Source: an uncultured Ktedonobacterales bacterium (lineage in GTDB: Bacteria; Chloroflexota; Ktedonobacteria; Ktedonobacterales; DATBGS01). From it: 64,000 nt of DNA. The position numbers were made by a program, and so were the translations under genes. Location: positions 5,203 to 69,202 of the forward strand of contig CAZFWN010000008.1 in the NCBI GenBank assembly GCA_964522745.1. Reading direction: 5' to 3'. How positions within the stretch are numbered: the stretch's first letter is position 1; the number at the start of each line of letters is the position of its first letter. Shown piece by piece: positions 35,826 through 44,809 of the stretch. The notes beneath the pieces are model-generated. The model saw only the letters and a program-made list of their open reading frames with translations. It did not search any database and was not told where the DNA came from.

Positions 35826-36692
35826 TCACGTGGGTAGCTCGGAGCCAGTTTCCAGGATGTAGATGTTGCGCCGAAAGCCGCCGCTCTGCTCAAAAAGACA
35901 TTCTGTGGTGGTGTAGCCTGCTGCAAAATACTGCTCGAAGAGGGCGCGTGTGGTCATGCGCCAGGCCATTGCCAGTGCAGTATCAGCAGCCTTCAAGGCT
36001 TGAAAGTCGCTGGGGATTTCAAGCGCCAGGAGCGCGTCGCGGCAATCGAATGATGGTTCTTGAGGAACAACCAGGCCATCGTCTCGCCGGGTGACGCGCA
36101 GAATCGATGTGGCCTGCGCGCCAGCCAGCGGTTGGGCAGCAGGTGGCTGCGGTGCCTCCAGGCGCGCTTGCACGCGCGGCTCTTTAATCCACCAATCAAC
36201 CGAAAGCCGGTCTGTAGGAAGGCCGGCGTTGAGTTCGCCCAGTGTGTCACCGTAGATATTACGGATATAGTGATTAGAAACGACACCAAGCTTGCTGAAA
36301 TTAAGCGTGGCGTTGCGCGCTTCGAGTGGGTCAAAGGTCCAGGTAATCAGGTCCAGGCCATCAGCCAGAATCAGCCGGCGCTGCTCTAGCTTGAGTGCGT
36401 GGCCGATGCCCCGATCACGCGCCTCTGGCAGTACGCCCATCATATGCGAGCAATGTTTCCAGTGGCCCGCTTGGGTGCGCCCATAGAAGCCAAGCAGGAA
36501 GCCTAAAAGGATGTCGCTCTGCTCATCGAAGGCGCCCAGGGCCAGCCCGCCGCTTTTGTGAATGGTCAGCAGGATATGCAGCGGCGCGATGTCCAGGTCG
36601 CTCAAGCCCCAGGCCAGACGCTGCACCTCTTCTGCTGCTTTGTACTCTTCGACGGTCTCAAGCGGTCTGATGGTAAAGCTACCCCGTGTCAC
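35826..36692 (-). CDS. GNAT-superfamily acyltransferase (COG3375-like)
   Basis: 'MGVLPEARDRGIGHALKLEQR...TWTFDPLEARNATLNFSKLG'. A GTG at 36692 has AAAGGAGG 6 nt upstream. The track extension to 36833 only translates the hairpin repeat element. Confidence 0.65.
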   Translation of the reverse strand: MTRGSFTIRPLETVEEYKAAEEVQRLAWGLSDLDIAPLHILLTIHKSGGLALGAFDEQSDILLGFLLGFYGRTQAGHWKHCSHMMGVLPEARDRGIGHALKLEQRRLILADGLDLITWTFDPLEARNATLNFSKLGVVSNHYIRNIYGDTLGELNAGLPTDRLSVDWWIKEPRVQARLEAPQPPAAQPLAGAQATSILRVTRRDDGLVVPQEPSFDCRDALLALEIPSDFQALKAADTALAMAWRMTTRALFEQYFAAGYTTTECLFEQSGGFRRNIYILETGSELPT

Positions 36693-36714
36693 GCCGCGCC
36701 TCCTTTCAAGGCTC

Positions 36715-36810
36715 CGCCGAATGAATTCGGCGCTACGGGCCTGCGGCCAAGAAGTCCCTCTGGGACTTGCTGGCGCCTCCAGGCGCCCCTCGCGCCGATT
36801 AAAATCGGCG
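36715..36810. repeat. Stacked-hairpin repeat element, copy A (5 short stem-loops, 96 bp)
   Basis: The five stem-loops are CGCCGAAT-GA-ATTCGGCG, GGCC-TGC-GGCC, AAGTCCC-TCT-GGGACTT, GGCGCC-TCCA-GGCGCC and CGCCGATT-AA-AATCGGCG. The reverse complement matches copy B at about 78% (76/97 columns by hand). Confidence 0.85.
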
Positions 36811-36829
36811 AAGGGCTGGTGCCTTTGTG

Positions 36830-38041
36830 TCACGCTCGTGGCGCTGCGACGGCTGCTTTGCTGCCTGTTGCGCCCATTGTTGCCAGCAAGGGCGAATCAA
36901 CCGAATAGGTTGTTTTCTGGCGCTCCTGATGTGCTTCAAATGCCAACTGGATTAGTCTATCAACCAGCGCGCTGATGTTCATGTTCAGCGGCTCCCACAG
37001 GTAAAATGAGATTGAGCCAGGCAGCGTGTTGATCTCGTTGATATAGAGTGTGTCCGTCTTGGTATCAATCAGGAAATCGATGCGCGCCACGCCCCGGCAG
37101 TCCAGCATCTCAAATGCCTGAATAGCGATCTGCTGCACCCGTTTGGTGAGTTCATCAGAGATGGGTGCGGGAATTTTGCGCGATAAGCCCTTCATGCCGC
37201 TGGCTTTGCCGCCGCGCATATATTTATCTTCGTAGCTGAGGAAGTTCTCCAGGGTAATTGGTTGCTCGCAGACAGAAGCCTGCGGGTCTTGAAAGCCCAA
37301 CACCGAGCAATTGATCTCCATGACATTCGGCACGGCCTGCTCGATCAAAATCCGGCGATCATAATGGACGGCGACTTCCATAGCTTGCTGTAGCTCGGCT
37401 CGATTTTTGGCCTGCGTGATGCCTATGCTGGAGCCAAGGTTGGCCGGTTTGACAAAGACGGGATAGCCCAACATCTGCTCAATAGTATTCATGGTGGTGT
37501 CGGGCGCGTTCTCCCAGCTACGGCGGGTGGTGGCGTAATACTTTACCACCGGCAAGCCTTGATCGCGGAAGACCGACTTCATGACGATCTTATCCATGCC
37601 GACTGCCGACCCCAACACGCCAGAGCCAACATAGGGGATGCCGGCCAATTCAAAGAGACCTTGCAGCGTGCCATCCTCACCATAGGTGCCATGCACGGTA
37701 GGGAAGATGACATCCAGCGGCAACAACTCAGGCTCACGAGGGCGCTTGAACAGGCCGCCTTTCTCGCTGCGCCGGACGATTAGCCCGCCGACGGTGGGGT
37801 CAGGCGACAGAGAGACGGGATCGCAGCCAGCCAGGATAGCTTTCTCGTCCTTAAAATTGGCGACATCCATCAGTTTTTCGCCGGTATACCAGGCGCCAGC
37901 TTTCGTAATATAGAGAGGGGTAATCTCATAGCGGTTTTTATCGAGCGCGGCGATGACCTGCTGGCCGGTGATAACCGAGACCTCGTGTTCCACCGAGCGG
38001 CTGCCAAATACAACGCCAACGCGGGTTTTGCCTTGTGCCAT
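36830..38041 (-). CDS. ddl: D-alanine--D-alanine ligase (long form)
   Basis: 'RVGVVFGSRSVEHEVSVITG', ATP-grasp 'PVFVKPANLGSSIGI', and 'RIDFLI...LYINEINTLPG'. Confidence 0.9.
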   Translation of the reverse strand: MAQGKTRVGVVFGSRSVEHEVSVITGQQVIAALDKNRYEITPLYITKAGAWYTGEKLMDVANFKDEKAILAGCDPVSLSPDPTVGGLIVRRSEKGGLFKRPREPELLPLDVIFPTVHGTYGEDGTLQGLFELAGIPYVGSGVLGSAVGMDKIVMKSVFRDQGLPVVKYYATTRRSWENAPDTTMNTIEQMLGYPVFVKPANLGSSIGITQAKNRAELQQAMEVAVHYDRRILIEQAVPNVMEINCSVLGFQDPQASVCEQPITLENFLSYEDKYMRGGKASGMKGLSRKIPAPISDELTKRVQQIAIQAFEMLDCRGVARIDFLIDTKTDTLYINEINTLPGSISFYLWEPLNMNISALVDRLIQLAFEAHQERQKTTYSVDSPLLATMGATGSKAAVAAPRA

Positions 38042-38510
38042 TGTAGACTCCTGATATGTATGGCCTTCTTTGTGTTTCAGGTGCTTTCTCTGTCTGGGTG
38101 AAATTGATAAGCAGGCATCAAGATGCCAGGCGCTCTTTTTGCAACGTTTGGACCAGGGCTTGTGCCGCCTGCGGAAGAGATGCCATTGGCATCCGCAGTA
38201 TAGCAGGGATTGCGCAGAGGCGTCAATGCGATGGCCGGATGGTGGCTCATGGGATATAATAGCAGCGATACGTCACGCAATGGAGCGTGTTTGTCAATGC
38301 TGGACTGCCAGGCCGGGAGAGGCACAAATGACGTTTGACTTTTAAATCGGGTATATCCTGCCTGCCGAGCGCCTGGCGACTAAAGATCGCGGCTCTTTGG
38401 CCTGCGGGCCACAAAGCCCGCCTTCGCGGGCTAAGACGAATATCCAATTGAATAGTCAAAAATCATAAGAATGCAAACCGGCTGATGCGCTGCATACAAG
38501 GAGTTTATCG

Positions 38511-39674
38511 ATGGATTTTCGGCTGACCGAAGAACAACAACTGATTCGTGATACAGCGAAGCGAATTGCCAATGAGGTGATTGCGCCGCGCGCTGCCGAA
38601 CTTGATGAGACTGGCATCTATCCTGAGGACATTTTCCAGGTCTATAAAGAGGCCGGACTGCTGGGCCTGACCTTCCCTGAAGAGTATGGCGGCAGCGGTG
38701 CGGGCACGATGGGCCTGGCACTGGCCGTCGAGGAAGTGGCAAAGGTCGATAACTCCTGCTCGTTGATGTTGCTGCTAACCAAGCTCTCGACTTCGGCGAT
38801 TCTCAGGTATGGCAACGAGGAGCAGAAGCAGAAATATTGCCGGGGCACGGCGTTGGGCGAACTGCGTGGGGCGTTTGGTCTGACCGAGCCGGGGGCTGGG
38901 TCTGACTCGGCTAATATCCAGACGCGCGCCGAGCGGCACGGCGATGAGTATATTCTGAACGGTACGAAGCATTATATTTCGGGCGCCAGTGTGGCCGATT
39001 TCTTTCTGGTTGCCACCAAGAGCGATCCGAAAGCAGGATCGCGGGGCTTCACCGTCTTTGTGGTGGAGCGCGACACGCCAGGCTTCCGCGTGGGCAAGCA
39101 TGATCGCAAGATGGGCGTACATGGGGTGCCCACCTGCGAGTTGATTTTTGAGGATGCGCGTGTGCCCGCCTCGCAGATTGTAGGCGCGGAGAACCAGGGC
39201 TTCAAGCTGATTATGTGGAACCTCAACTCGGTGCGCCCCATTGTGGCGGCACGCGGTCTGGGCACGGCTGAGGGCGCGATTCAGTACGCCATTGAATATG
39301 CGAAGCAGCGCCAGACCTTTGGTAAGCCGGTGATTGAGCATCAAGCCATTCAGATGATGATTGCCGATGTAGCGATGCGCATCGAGGCATCGCGCCTGCT
39401 GACCTACCAAGCGGCAATGATGATCGATGAGGGCAAGGCGACCAAAGAGTACGCGCACTGGCTTTCGATGGCGAAGTGCTTTGCGACGGAGACGGCGGTT
39501 GAGGCGGCGGATAAAGCGTTGCAGATGATGGGCGGCATTGGGTATATGCAGGAGTCAGCAACCGAGCGCTTCTACCGCGATGCCCGCCAGTTGACCATCG
39601 TAGAGGGCACCAGCCAGGTGCAGCGCCTTATCATTGCCCGCGCGGTAGCCGAGGATATGCTAAACTGGCGCTAA
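38511..39674 (+). CDS. Acyl-CoA dehydrogenase
   Basis: 'GAFGLTEPGAGSD', 'YISGA' and 'QMMGGIGYMQE...ERFYRDARQLTIVEGTSQVQR'. Confidence 0.9.
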   Translation: MDFRLTEEQQLIRDTAKRIANEVIAPRAAELDETGIYPEDIFQVYKEAGLLGLTFPEEYGGSGAGTMGLALAVEEVAKVDNSCSLMLLLTKLSTSAILRYGNEEQKQKYCRGTALGELRGAFGLTEPGAGSDSANIQTRAERHGDEYILNGTKHYISGASVADFFLVATKSDPKAGSRGFTVFVVERDTPGFRVGKHDRKMGVHGVPTCELIFEDARVPASQIVGAENQGFKLIMWNLNSVRPIVAARGLGTAEGAIQYAIEYAKQRQTFGKPVIEHQAIQMMIADVAMRIEASRLLTYQAAMMIDEGKATKEYAHWLSMAKCFATETAVEAADKALQMMGGIGYMQESATERFYRDARQLTIVEGTSQVQRLIIARAVAEDMLNWR

Positions 39675-39696
39675 GTGCTTGTTACCCGCATCTTGC

Positions 39697-40476
39697 CTAG
39701 CTGCCTGATAGGTTCTCCTCAGCTTGATCGATGCGGAGCAGCCGGCAGAAATTGGCCGTTGTTTGCTCCGCTACTTTTTCTAGGGGAACGTTTTTCAGCG
39801 CTGCGACGGCTTCAGCGATCTGGCGAAGATGCGCTGGCTCAGTGGCGCGACCCGGCAGCGGATAGGTATCGGTTTCAAGCAGCAGGCGCTCCAGGGGCAC
39901 GGCGGCAATGGCTTCGCGCAGCGCTGCATGCTCTGGGCGTGTGACTGGCCTGCCCACTGAGAGCGTGCAGCCCAGGTCAAGCCAGCGCTGGGCGCTCGCC
40001 AGATCGCCCACAAAGTAGTGGACAATCACCCCGCGTGCTGGGCTGGCGCTTTGGAGGAGTTCCTGACAAGCGCGCTCTGCTGCTTGCTGATGCAAGATGA
40101 GCGGCAGGTTCATCTCTTGCGCCAGTTGAAGTTGCAGGGAAAAAGCCTGCTGCTGGAGTTCCAACGGCGTTTGGGCATCAACCAGATCGATGCCAGCCTC
40201 ACCAATTGCCACGACCTTTGAAGTGCGCTGGGCTAAGGCGCGCAAGCGTTCCTGCTCACTCAGGCTGAAGCCAGATTGCAGAAAGGCCGGGTGCCAGCCA
40301 ACGGCAGCGAAGATGCCGGCGTCCTGCTGGGCCAGGGTGATGGCTCGCTCTGAAGAGGCGAGGTCTACCCCGATGGTAAGGAAGCGCGTAACGCCGGCCT
40401 GCCGCGCTCGTTGGAGCAGTAAGCCCGCGTGTTCATCGCTATAGCGGTCCAGATGGAGATGACTATCGGCGAGCAT
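39697..40476 (-). CDS. TatD family metal-dependent hydrolase
   Basis: 'DSHLHL', 'IGEAGID', 'LILHQ' and 'LLLETD'. Confidence 0.85.
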   Translation of the reverse strand: MLADSHLHLDRYSDEHAGLLLQRARQAGVTRFLTIGVDLASSERAITLAQQDAGIFAAVGWHPAFLQSGFSLSEQERLRALAQRTSKVVAIGEAGIDLVDAQTPLELQQQAFSLQLQLAQEMNLPLILHQQAAERACQELLQSASPARGVIVHYFVGDLASAQRWLDLGCTLSVGRPVTRPEHAALREAIAAVPLERLLLETDTYPLPGRATEPAHLRQIAEAVAALKNVPLEKVAEQTTANFCRLLRIDQAEENLSGS

Positions 40477-40488
40477 CAGGGTCTCCCA

Positions 40489-41112
40489 TTATGCGCTCGT
40501 CATCAGTGTGGAAAAAACGACCAACCGCTTATTGTATTCTGTGCCTATCCAATTCCCATCACAGGTAATCAGATTAAGGTTGGCCGTAGAGGCCGGGCCA
40601 AAGACGCGCTGAATCACGGGATCGCTGGGGCCGCCATCAGGGTTGGCAAATGCCTCGATAGCTGTGACCTGAAAGGTAAAAACTTGTCCGCCCTGCTCGG
40701 TGATACGAATCTGGTCGCCCTGGCGGATGTCGCGCAGGTTCCAGAAGACGGCCCGGCTGCCGTCGTTGCGGTCTACGTGGCCGGCCAGCACGGCATTGCC
40801 AACCTCGCCAGGCTGGACGCCTTTCTCCCACCAGAAGGCTGTTGCCCAGATAGGATCGCGGGCTGGATGGCCGGCGCCAGGAGCTTCCATTGCTCCATAG
40901 CGATCTTCCCCTACCGGGATAAGCGGGGCGTCCATCCCCAGGCTGGAAATCTGAATTTTGGTCGGTTGGCTGAAAGGGGCTGCGCTGGCCGGATGCACCT
41001 GCGTCGTTGAGCTATTCCCTGGGCCGCAGGAGGTGCAGGCCAGCGCGATGAGCGCAAGGGAGCAGATCAATGCGCGTGAGAAATAGATCTGTGACCTCTT
41101 GGGTTCTCTCAT
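40489..41112 (-). CDS. Sortase family protein (class F-like), lipobox/TM N-terminus
   Basis: 'LAGHVD', catalytic 'LNLITCDG', and an N-terminal 'LIALACTSCG'. Confidence 0.8.
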   Translation of the reverse strand: MREPKRSQIYFSRALICSLALIALACTSCGPGNSSTTQVHPASAAPFSQPTKIQISSLGMDAPLIPVGEDRYGAMEAPGAGHPARDPIWATAFWWEKGVQPGEVGNAVLAGHVDRNDGSRAVFWNLRDIRQGDQIRITEQGGQVFTFQVTAIEAFANPDGGPSDPVIQRVFGPASTANLNLITCDGNWIGTEYNKRLVVFSTLMTSA

Positions 41113-41184
41113 AGCTCATCCCGGCAATCAAGATTTATGGTTGCCAGTCTTTGCAAATTCTATGCCGATGTTCTCTGCTTTCTG

Positions 41185-42054
41185 TCAGGGTTCCCGATAG
41201 GCAGTGCTACGTTCCCCTTCTGGTATCGAGGCGCCAGGGCCGGGAGGCACTGTGCTTGTTGGAGTGGAGTTTGGCGGAGGCGGGGCTGTCAGCAGCGTTT
41301 CATCGATGCTGCTAATTTTCCAGGAGCCATCGCTCCCTTTGGATACAACGATTACCACGTTCGGGATAGAAATATGGTTGCGGGTAATAGTGAAGGTATA
41401 CTTCATATTGTTGGAGTCAAGTGGTGTAGCGCCTGTCTGGGTGTAGCTGCTCATGCTGCCGCCTGCCTTATCAGCGGCCTGCGCCTGGTTGATAAAATCT
41501 TGCTGTGATACTGGGCGTGTTTGGGTAGCATTGACTTCCTCAACTGCTGTAGAGCAATTTGCAAAAGCTCCAGTGTAATCGCCTTGCTGCATGGCATCCA
41601 TAAAGCTGGCAGCCACATTTTGTCCAGGGCTGGCGAAGAGCAGAGGCTTGAGTTGGAAGAATGCCACTGCGCCTACAACACAAAGAACGAGCATGCCGAC
41701 GCTCAAGACGACGGCTAACATGATATTGCGTGGCCTTTGTGGTTCAACTTTGGTTTGGGTGTGGTTGAGGAAATCCTTGCGCAGTGCCCTCAGTCGCTGG
41801 GTGCGCTCGAACTGGGCTTCAGTGGTCTCCTGAGCGTGGGGAAGAACTGGGCGCTTTGCCTGCTGCTCAGTGGTAGGGAAGAAAGAGCGGGCGGGCGCGA
41901 CCCCTGCTGTTTCCTCTCCGCCGGGGCGGCGCGGGGTTTGGCGGATATGGCCGGCTGGTTGACGCTGCCGTTCTGGTGCTGGTGATGAATCTGATCGAGG
42001 CCGTGCTTGGGGGCGATGTGAGTTCATTCCTGTTTGGCGCTGCGAGTCAGGCAT
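41185..42054 (-). CDS. Hypothetical single-pass membrane protein with Pro/Arg-rich N-terminus
   Basis: TM helix 'IMLAVVLSVGMLVLCVVGAVAFF'. The extracellular domain is unrecognised and no sortase sorting signal was seen. Confidence 0.5.
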   Translation of the reverse strand: MPDSQRQTGMNSHRPQARPRSDSSPAPERQRQPAGHIRQTPRRPGGEETAGVAPARSFFPTTEQQAKRPVLPHAQETTEAQFERTQRLRALRKDFLNHTQTKVEPQRPRNIMLAVVLSVGMLVLCVVGAVAFFQLKPLLFASPGQNVAASFMDAMQQGDYTGAFANCSTAVEEVNATQTRPVSQQDFINQAQAADKAGGSMSSYTQTGATPLDSNNMKYTFTITRNHISIPNVVIVVSKGSDGSWKISSIDETLLTAPPPPNSTPTSTVPPGPGASIPEGERSTAYREP

Positions 42055-42241
42055 TAGGGTGTGTTCCTCAACTCTCAGGCTCAGATGAGCCGCGATCTCT
42101 GTGCCAGCTATTCAGCGCCCATTTACCTGGGTGGTGCCTGAGTGCTGGCGCCGGAATGGAATAGTTCGCTGGTGGGGCTACTATAGCGGCCAGAATACAG
42201 TTTTGTCAAGGTGCTGCAAGGCCAGCGATAGACTATCCTGG

Positions 42242-44089
42242 CTATCGCGCCGCTGAGCGGGAGGCAACCAGCGTAGACGCATCGTGTAGTTCCTGGCGCA
42301 ATTGCCCAATGCGTTCCCGATAGGCATCCTCAGGTTGCTGTCGTCCTGTTTTGGGCTTATCTCCCATGCTGACATGCCATTTGCGGAACGCCAGACCAAT
42401 CTGCGTTTGATACAGCGCCTTCGCGGCCAGCCAGGCTCGCCAGCCCCGGTTAAAGAAATAGTAGCGCTCCAGGCGCGTCCGGCGGAATGAGCGCTGTAGC
42501 AAGAGGTACTCATCCGGGGTGACGACACCCTGAAGTACCTCCTCTGCCAGATACTCGCGGATGACGGTAGCCTCGTGATTGAGCGAACGCATGAGCAGGT
42601 AGAGCAGGGTGCCTTGCGCGATGAAGGGTGGAATGTAATCAGCGATAATAGCGATGAGCGCCAGCGTGGTGACCAGGCTGGAGGTAGACGCATCGAGGTA
42701 CGCCTGGTTGGCCTGAAACGCCACGAAATCAAAGATGGTATGAAGCAAGATGCCAACGCCCAAACCTAGCAGCGGCATCGCCCATTTTTGCCAGGCAATG
42801 CGCGTCTGCCGCGCGTATCCTAGTCCTGCTCCTAGACAGGCAGTAAACGTGGAGTGCCCCAGCCAGCCAAGGACAATGCGTCCAATAATTAAGAATACCA
42901 GCGATTTGCTCGAATCCTCTACAAAATAGACAAAGTTTTCGACCATTGCAAAGCCGGCGCCGATAAGCGCACCATAGATAATACCATCGGTGACGTTATC
43001 AAACTCATCGCGTAGGGCGATCAACAAGATAATTAATCCGGCGCCTTTGACAACCTCTTCAGTAACGCCAGCGTTAGCGCCCAACAAAAATGAATTTAGC
43101 ACCTGGGCGCTGGTGTGCGAAAGCGCGCCAAAGTGAATGGCGTAAATGCTGTTATCAATCGTGCGCTCGATGATGAGCGCTGGTGGAATAGCGATCAATG
43201 CTCCCCAGAGGAAGGCGCCAAGCCGCAGCAACCAGGGTTCACGCTCATAGCGATCAATTACGTTGACCAGGAGGATAATGCCAATGGCAGGGACAACGGG
43301 GATGGTAATGGCAGCGACAACATTACTAAGTCCGCCGTGTGAAATGACATCCACGCCCAGTTGGGCGTTTTTCAAGAAGGTGATATAGGCGCAGCCGATA
43401 GCAAGCAAGGCACCAAAAATGACAACCCCAATGGTACTCAATGCCCACAATCGGCCCCGACCCACGCGCTCACGCCAGGCAAATTGCATGGTAACGCCTG
43501 GACTCATTCCCAAGAGCCGGCCAGGTTGTTTCTCTGATGTAGCAAGCAAGGCCAGCATTTGACCTTCTACGCTTTTGGCACGCGCTTCTGGGGAGGTATG
43601 GAATGATCCTGATTGAGAGGCTTTCTGCACGGATGTGCCCGCTGAAGGTGTTGGATCAGATGCCCCGGTTTCTGGATGTATCTCTTCTGTGAGCGGGGCG
43701 AGTAGTTGGAGGGTCGTTTGCCCCAGGACCAGGATGGCTCCCGGTTGTATCTCTTTGCGGCTTCCGGGAGCAACGATTACCTTGTTTACCACTAACTGGT
43801 TATGCGTGCTGAGATTTTCGATGAGCCAGGTGCCATCGCGCCACCTCAGTCGAACATGCTCGCGCGAGACGGTTGGGTCCATCAAGACGACATGGTTATT
43901 CAGCCCTCTACCGATGGTTGTACTCGCTTCAGTCAGCGGATAGAGGGGGTCAGGAAGTCCGGCGGCGTTGCCTGTGTAGCCAGGCAAATCCCATGCTCCA
44001 AGCCGGCCTTGTCCAGCTTCAGTCCTGGATTTTTGTGGTATCTCTTCCTCTGCATGGACGACACGCAGCACACCATAACAGATGTTCAT
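42242..44089 (-). CDS. FHA domain - PrsW-family intramembrane protease fusion protein
   Basis: FHA 'TIGRGLNNHVVLMDPTVSREHVRLRWRDGTWLIENLSTHN' and PrsW motifs 'GVTEEVVKGAG' and 'LLHTIFDF' in a polytopic C-terminus. The ATG at 44089 has an AGAGGTG RBS. The ORF stays open to 44218. Confidence 0.75.
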   Translation of the reverse strand: MNICYGVLRVVHAEEEIPQKSRTEAGQGRLGAWDLPGYTGNAAGLPDPLYPLTEASTTIGRGLNNHVVLMDPTVSREHVRLRWRDGTWLIENLSTHNQLVVNKVIVAPGSRKEIQPGAILVLGQTTLQLLAPLTEEIHPETGASDPTPSAGTSVQKASQSGSFHTSPEARAKSVEGQMLALLATSEKQPGRLLGMSPGVTMQFAWRERVGRGRLWALSTIGVVIFGALLAIGCAYITFLKNAQLGVDVISHGGLSNVVAAITIPVVPAIGIILLVNVIDRYEREPWLLRLGAFLWGALIAIPPALIIERTIDNSIYAIHFGALSHTSAQVLNSFLLGANAGVTEEVVKGAGLIILLIALRDEFDNVTDGIIYGALIGAGFAMVENFVYFVEDSSKSLVFLIIGRIVLGWLGHSTFTACLGAGLGYARQTRIAWQKWAMPLLGLGVGILLHTIFDFVAFQANQAYLDASTSSLVTTLALIAIIADYIPPFIAQGTLLYLLMRSLNHEATVIREYLAEEVLQGVVTPDEYLLLQRSFRRTRLERYYFFNRGWRAWLAAKALYQTQIGLAFRKWHVSMGDKPKTGRQQPEDAYRERIGQLRQELHDASTLVASRSAAR

Positions 44090-44513
44090 ACGCACCTCTT
44101 CATGAGGAGATACGCGGTGCTGATGGCGTTGCCTGCTGATGCCATTTGCCATTGGGAGAGACTTCTTTGTATGTGCCAGGATGTCATGTTCGTCGAATCG
44201 TTTCTCATCTGGTGCCACGCCAAGGATGCTGGTTCCCCGACCTGCTGGCGAGCAGAGGCTACGCCACTCGCTCTGCTGCTGGTGTGATTTGCCTCTGCAC
44301 TATAGCAGAAATGCGCGAGTTCTGCCAGCAGTGACTATCAAAATAGGCTCCCTGAATTTGCTGCTTATTGCATGGTTGGGGCCATCTGCTCGTAAGACTC
44401 AACACATACAACTATACCTGAATCTCTGCCGTTTTGTACAGTCCCCCCGTCTGGTAGCAGGGAGTTACTGTCTTTTCGTTTTTGCGTTAATGATGATGAA
44501 AGGAAAAGATCAC

Positions 44514-44740
44514 GTAGCGCGGCCCTGGAGCGCGTTCCTGTAGTGTAGATTCGTAGCGTGTTCGTGGAGTGCGATGTTGTAATGCAGAGACGTAGTGCGA
44601 ATGTGTCGTGCGGGTTGCAGAATGTGTTTTCGTAGGCTGTTTTTGTAGGTCTCGGCCACTGACAATGTCTTCTGTAGCGTGTATTTTTCTAGTGCGTCCT
44701 TGTAGCGCATTACGTTTTGTCGTGCGTTGCCGGAGCGCGT
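44514..44740 (+). repeat. Degenerate tandem array, about 5-6 units of 39-42 nt (GTAG-initiated)
   Basis: GTAG occurs at 44514, 44553, 44592, 44632, 44674 and 44702. Units 1 and 2 match at 27/39 positions. The + strand is G+T-rich. Confidence 0.7.
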
Positions 44741-44767
44741 AAGGTTTTTCTTATCCTGTTTATCTCT

Positions 44768-44809
44768 GCCGGAGGCGAGAAGAGGCCACTCTTCTCGCCT
44801 CCGGCTTTT
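44768..44809 (+). terminator. Strong rho-independent terminator
   Basis: GCCGGAGGCGAGAAGAG / GCCA / CTCTTCTCGCCTCCGGC (17-bp perfect stem) followed by TTTT. Confidence 0.85.

Noticed and set aside
41185-42054. The membrane protein upstream of the sortase as a sortase substrate.
   Set aside because: There is no LPXTG/LAXTG-type motif and no C-terminal hydrophobic or positively charged sorting signal. The single TM helix is N-proximal.
44514-44740. Possibility that the periodic repeats (or the 9-bp triplets elsewhere) form a CRISPR array.
   Set aside because: The units are contiguous with no unique spacers, are degenerate (about 55-70% identical), and no cas genes are present.
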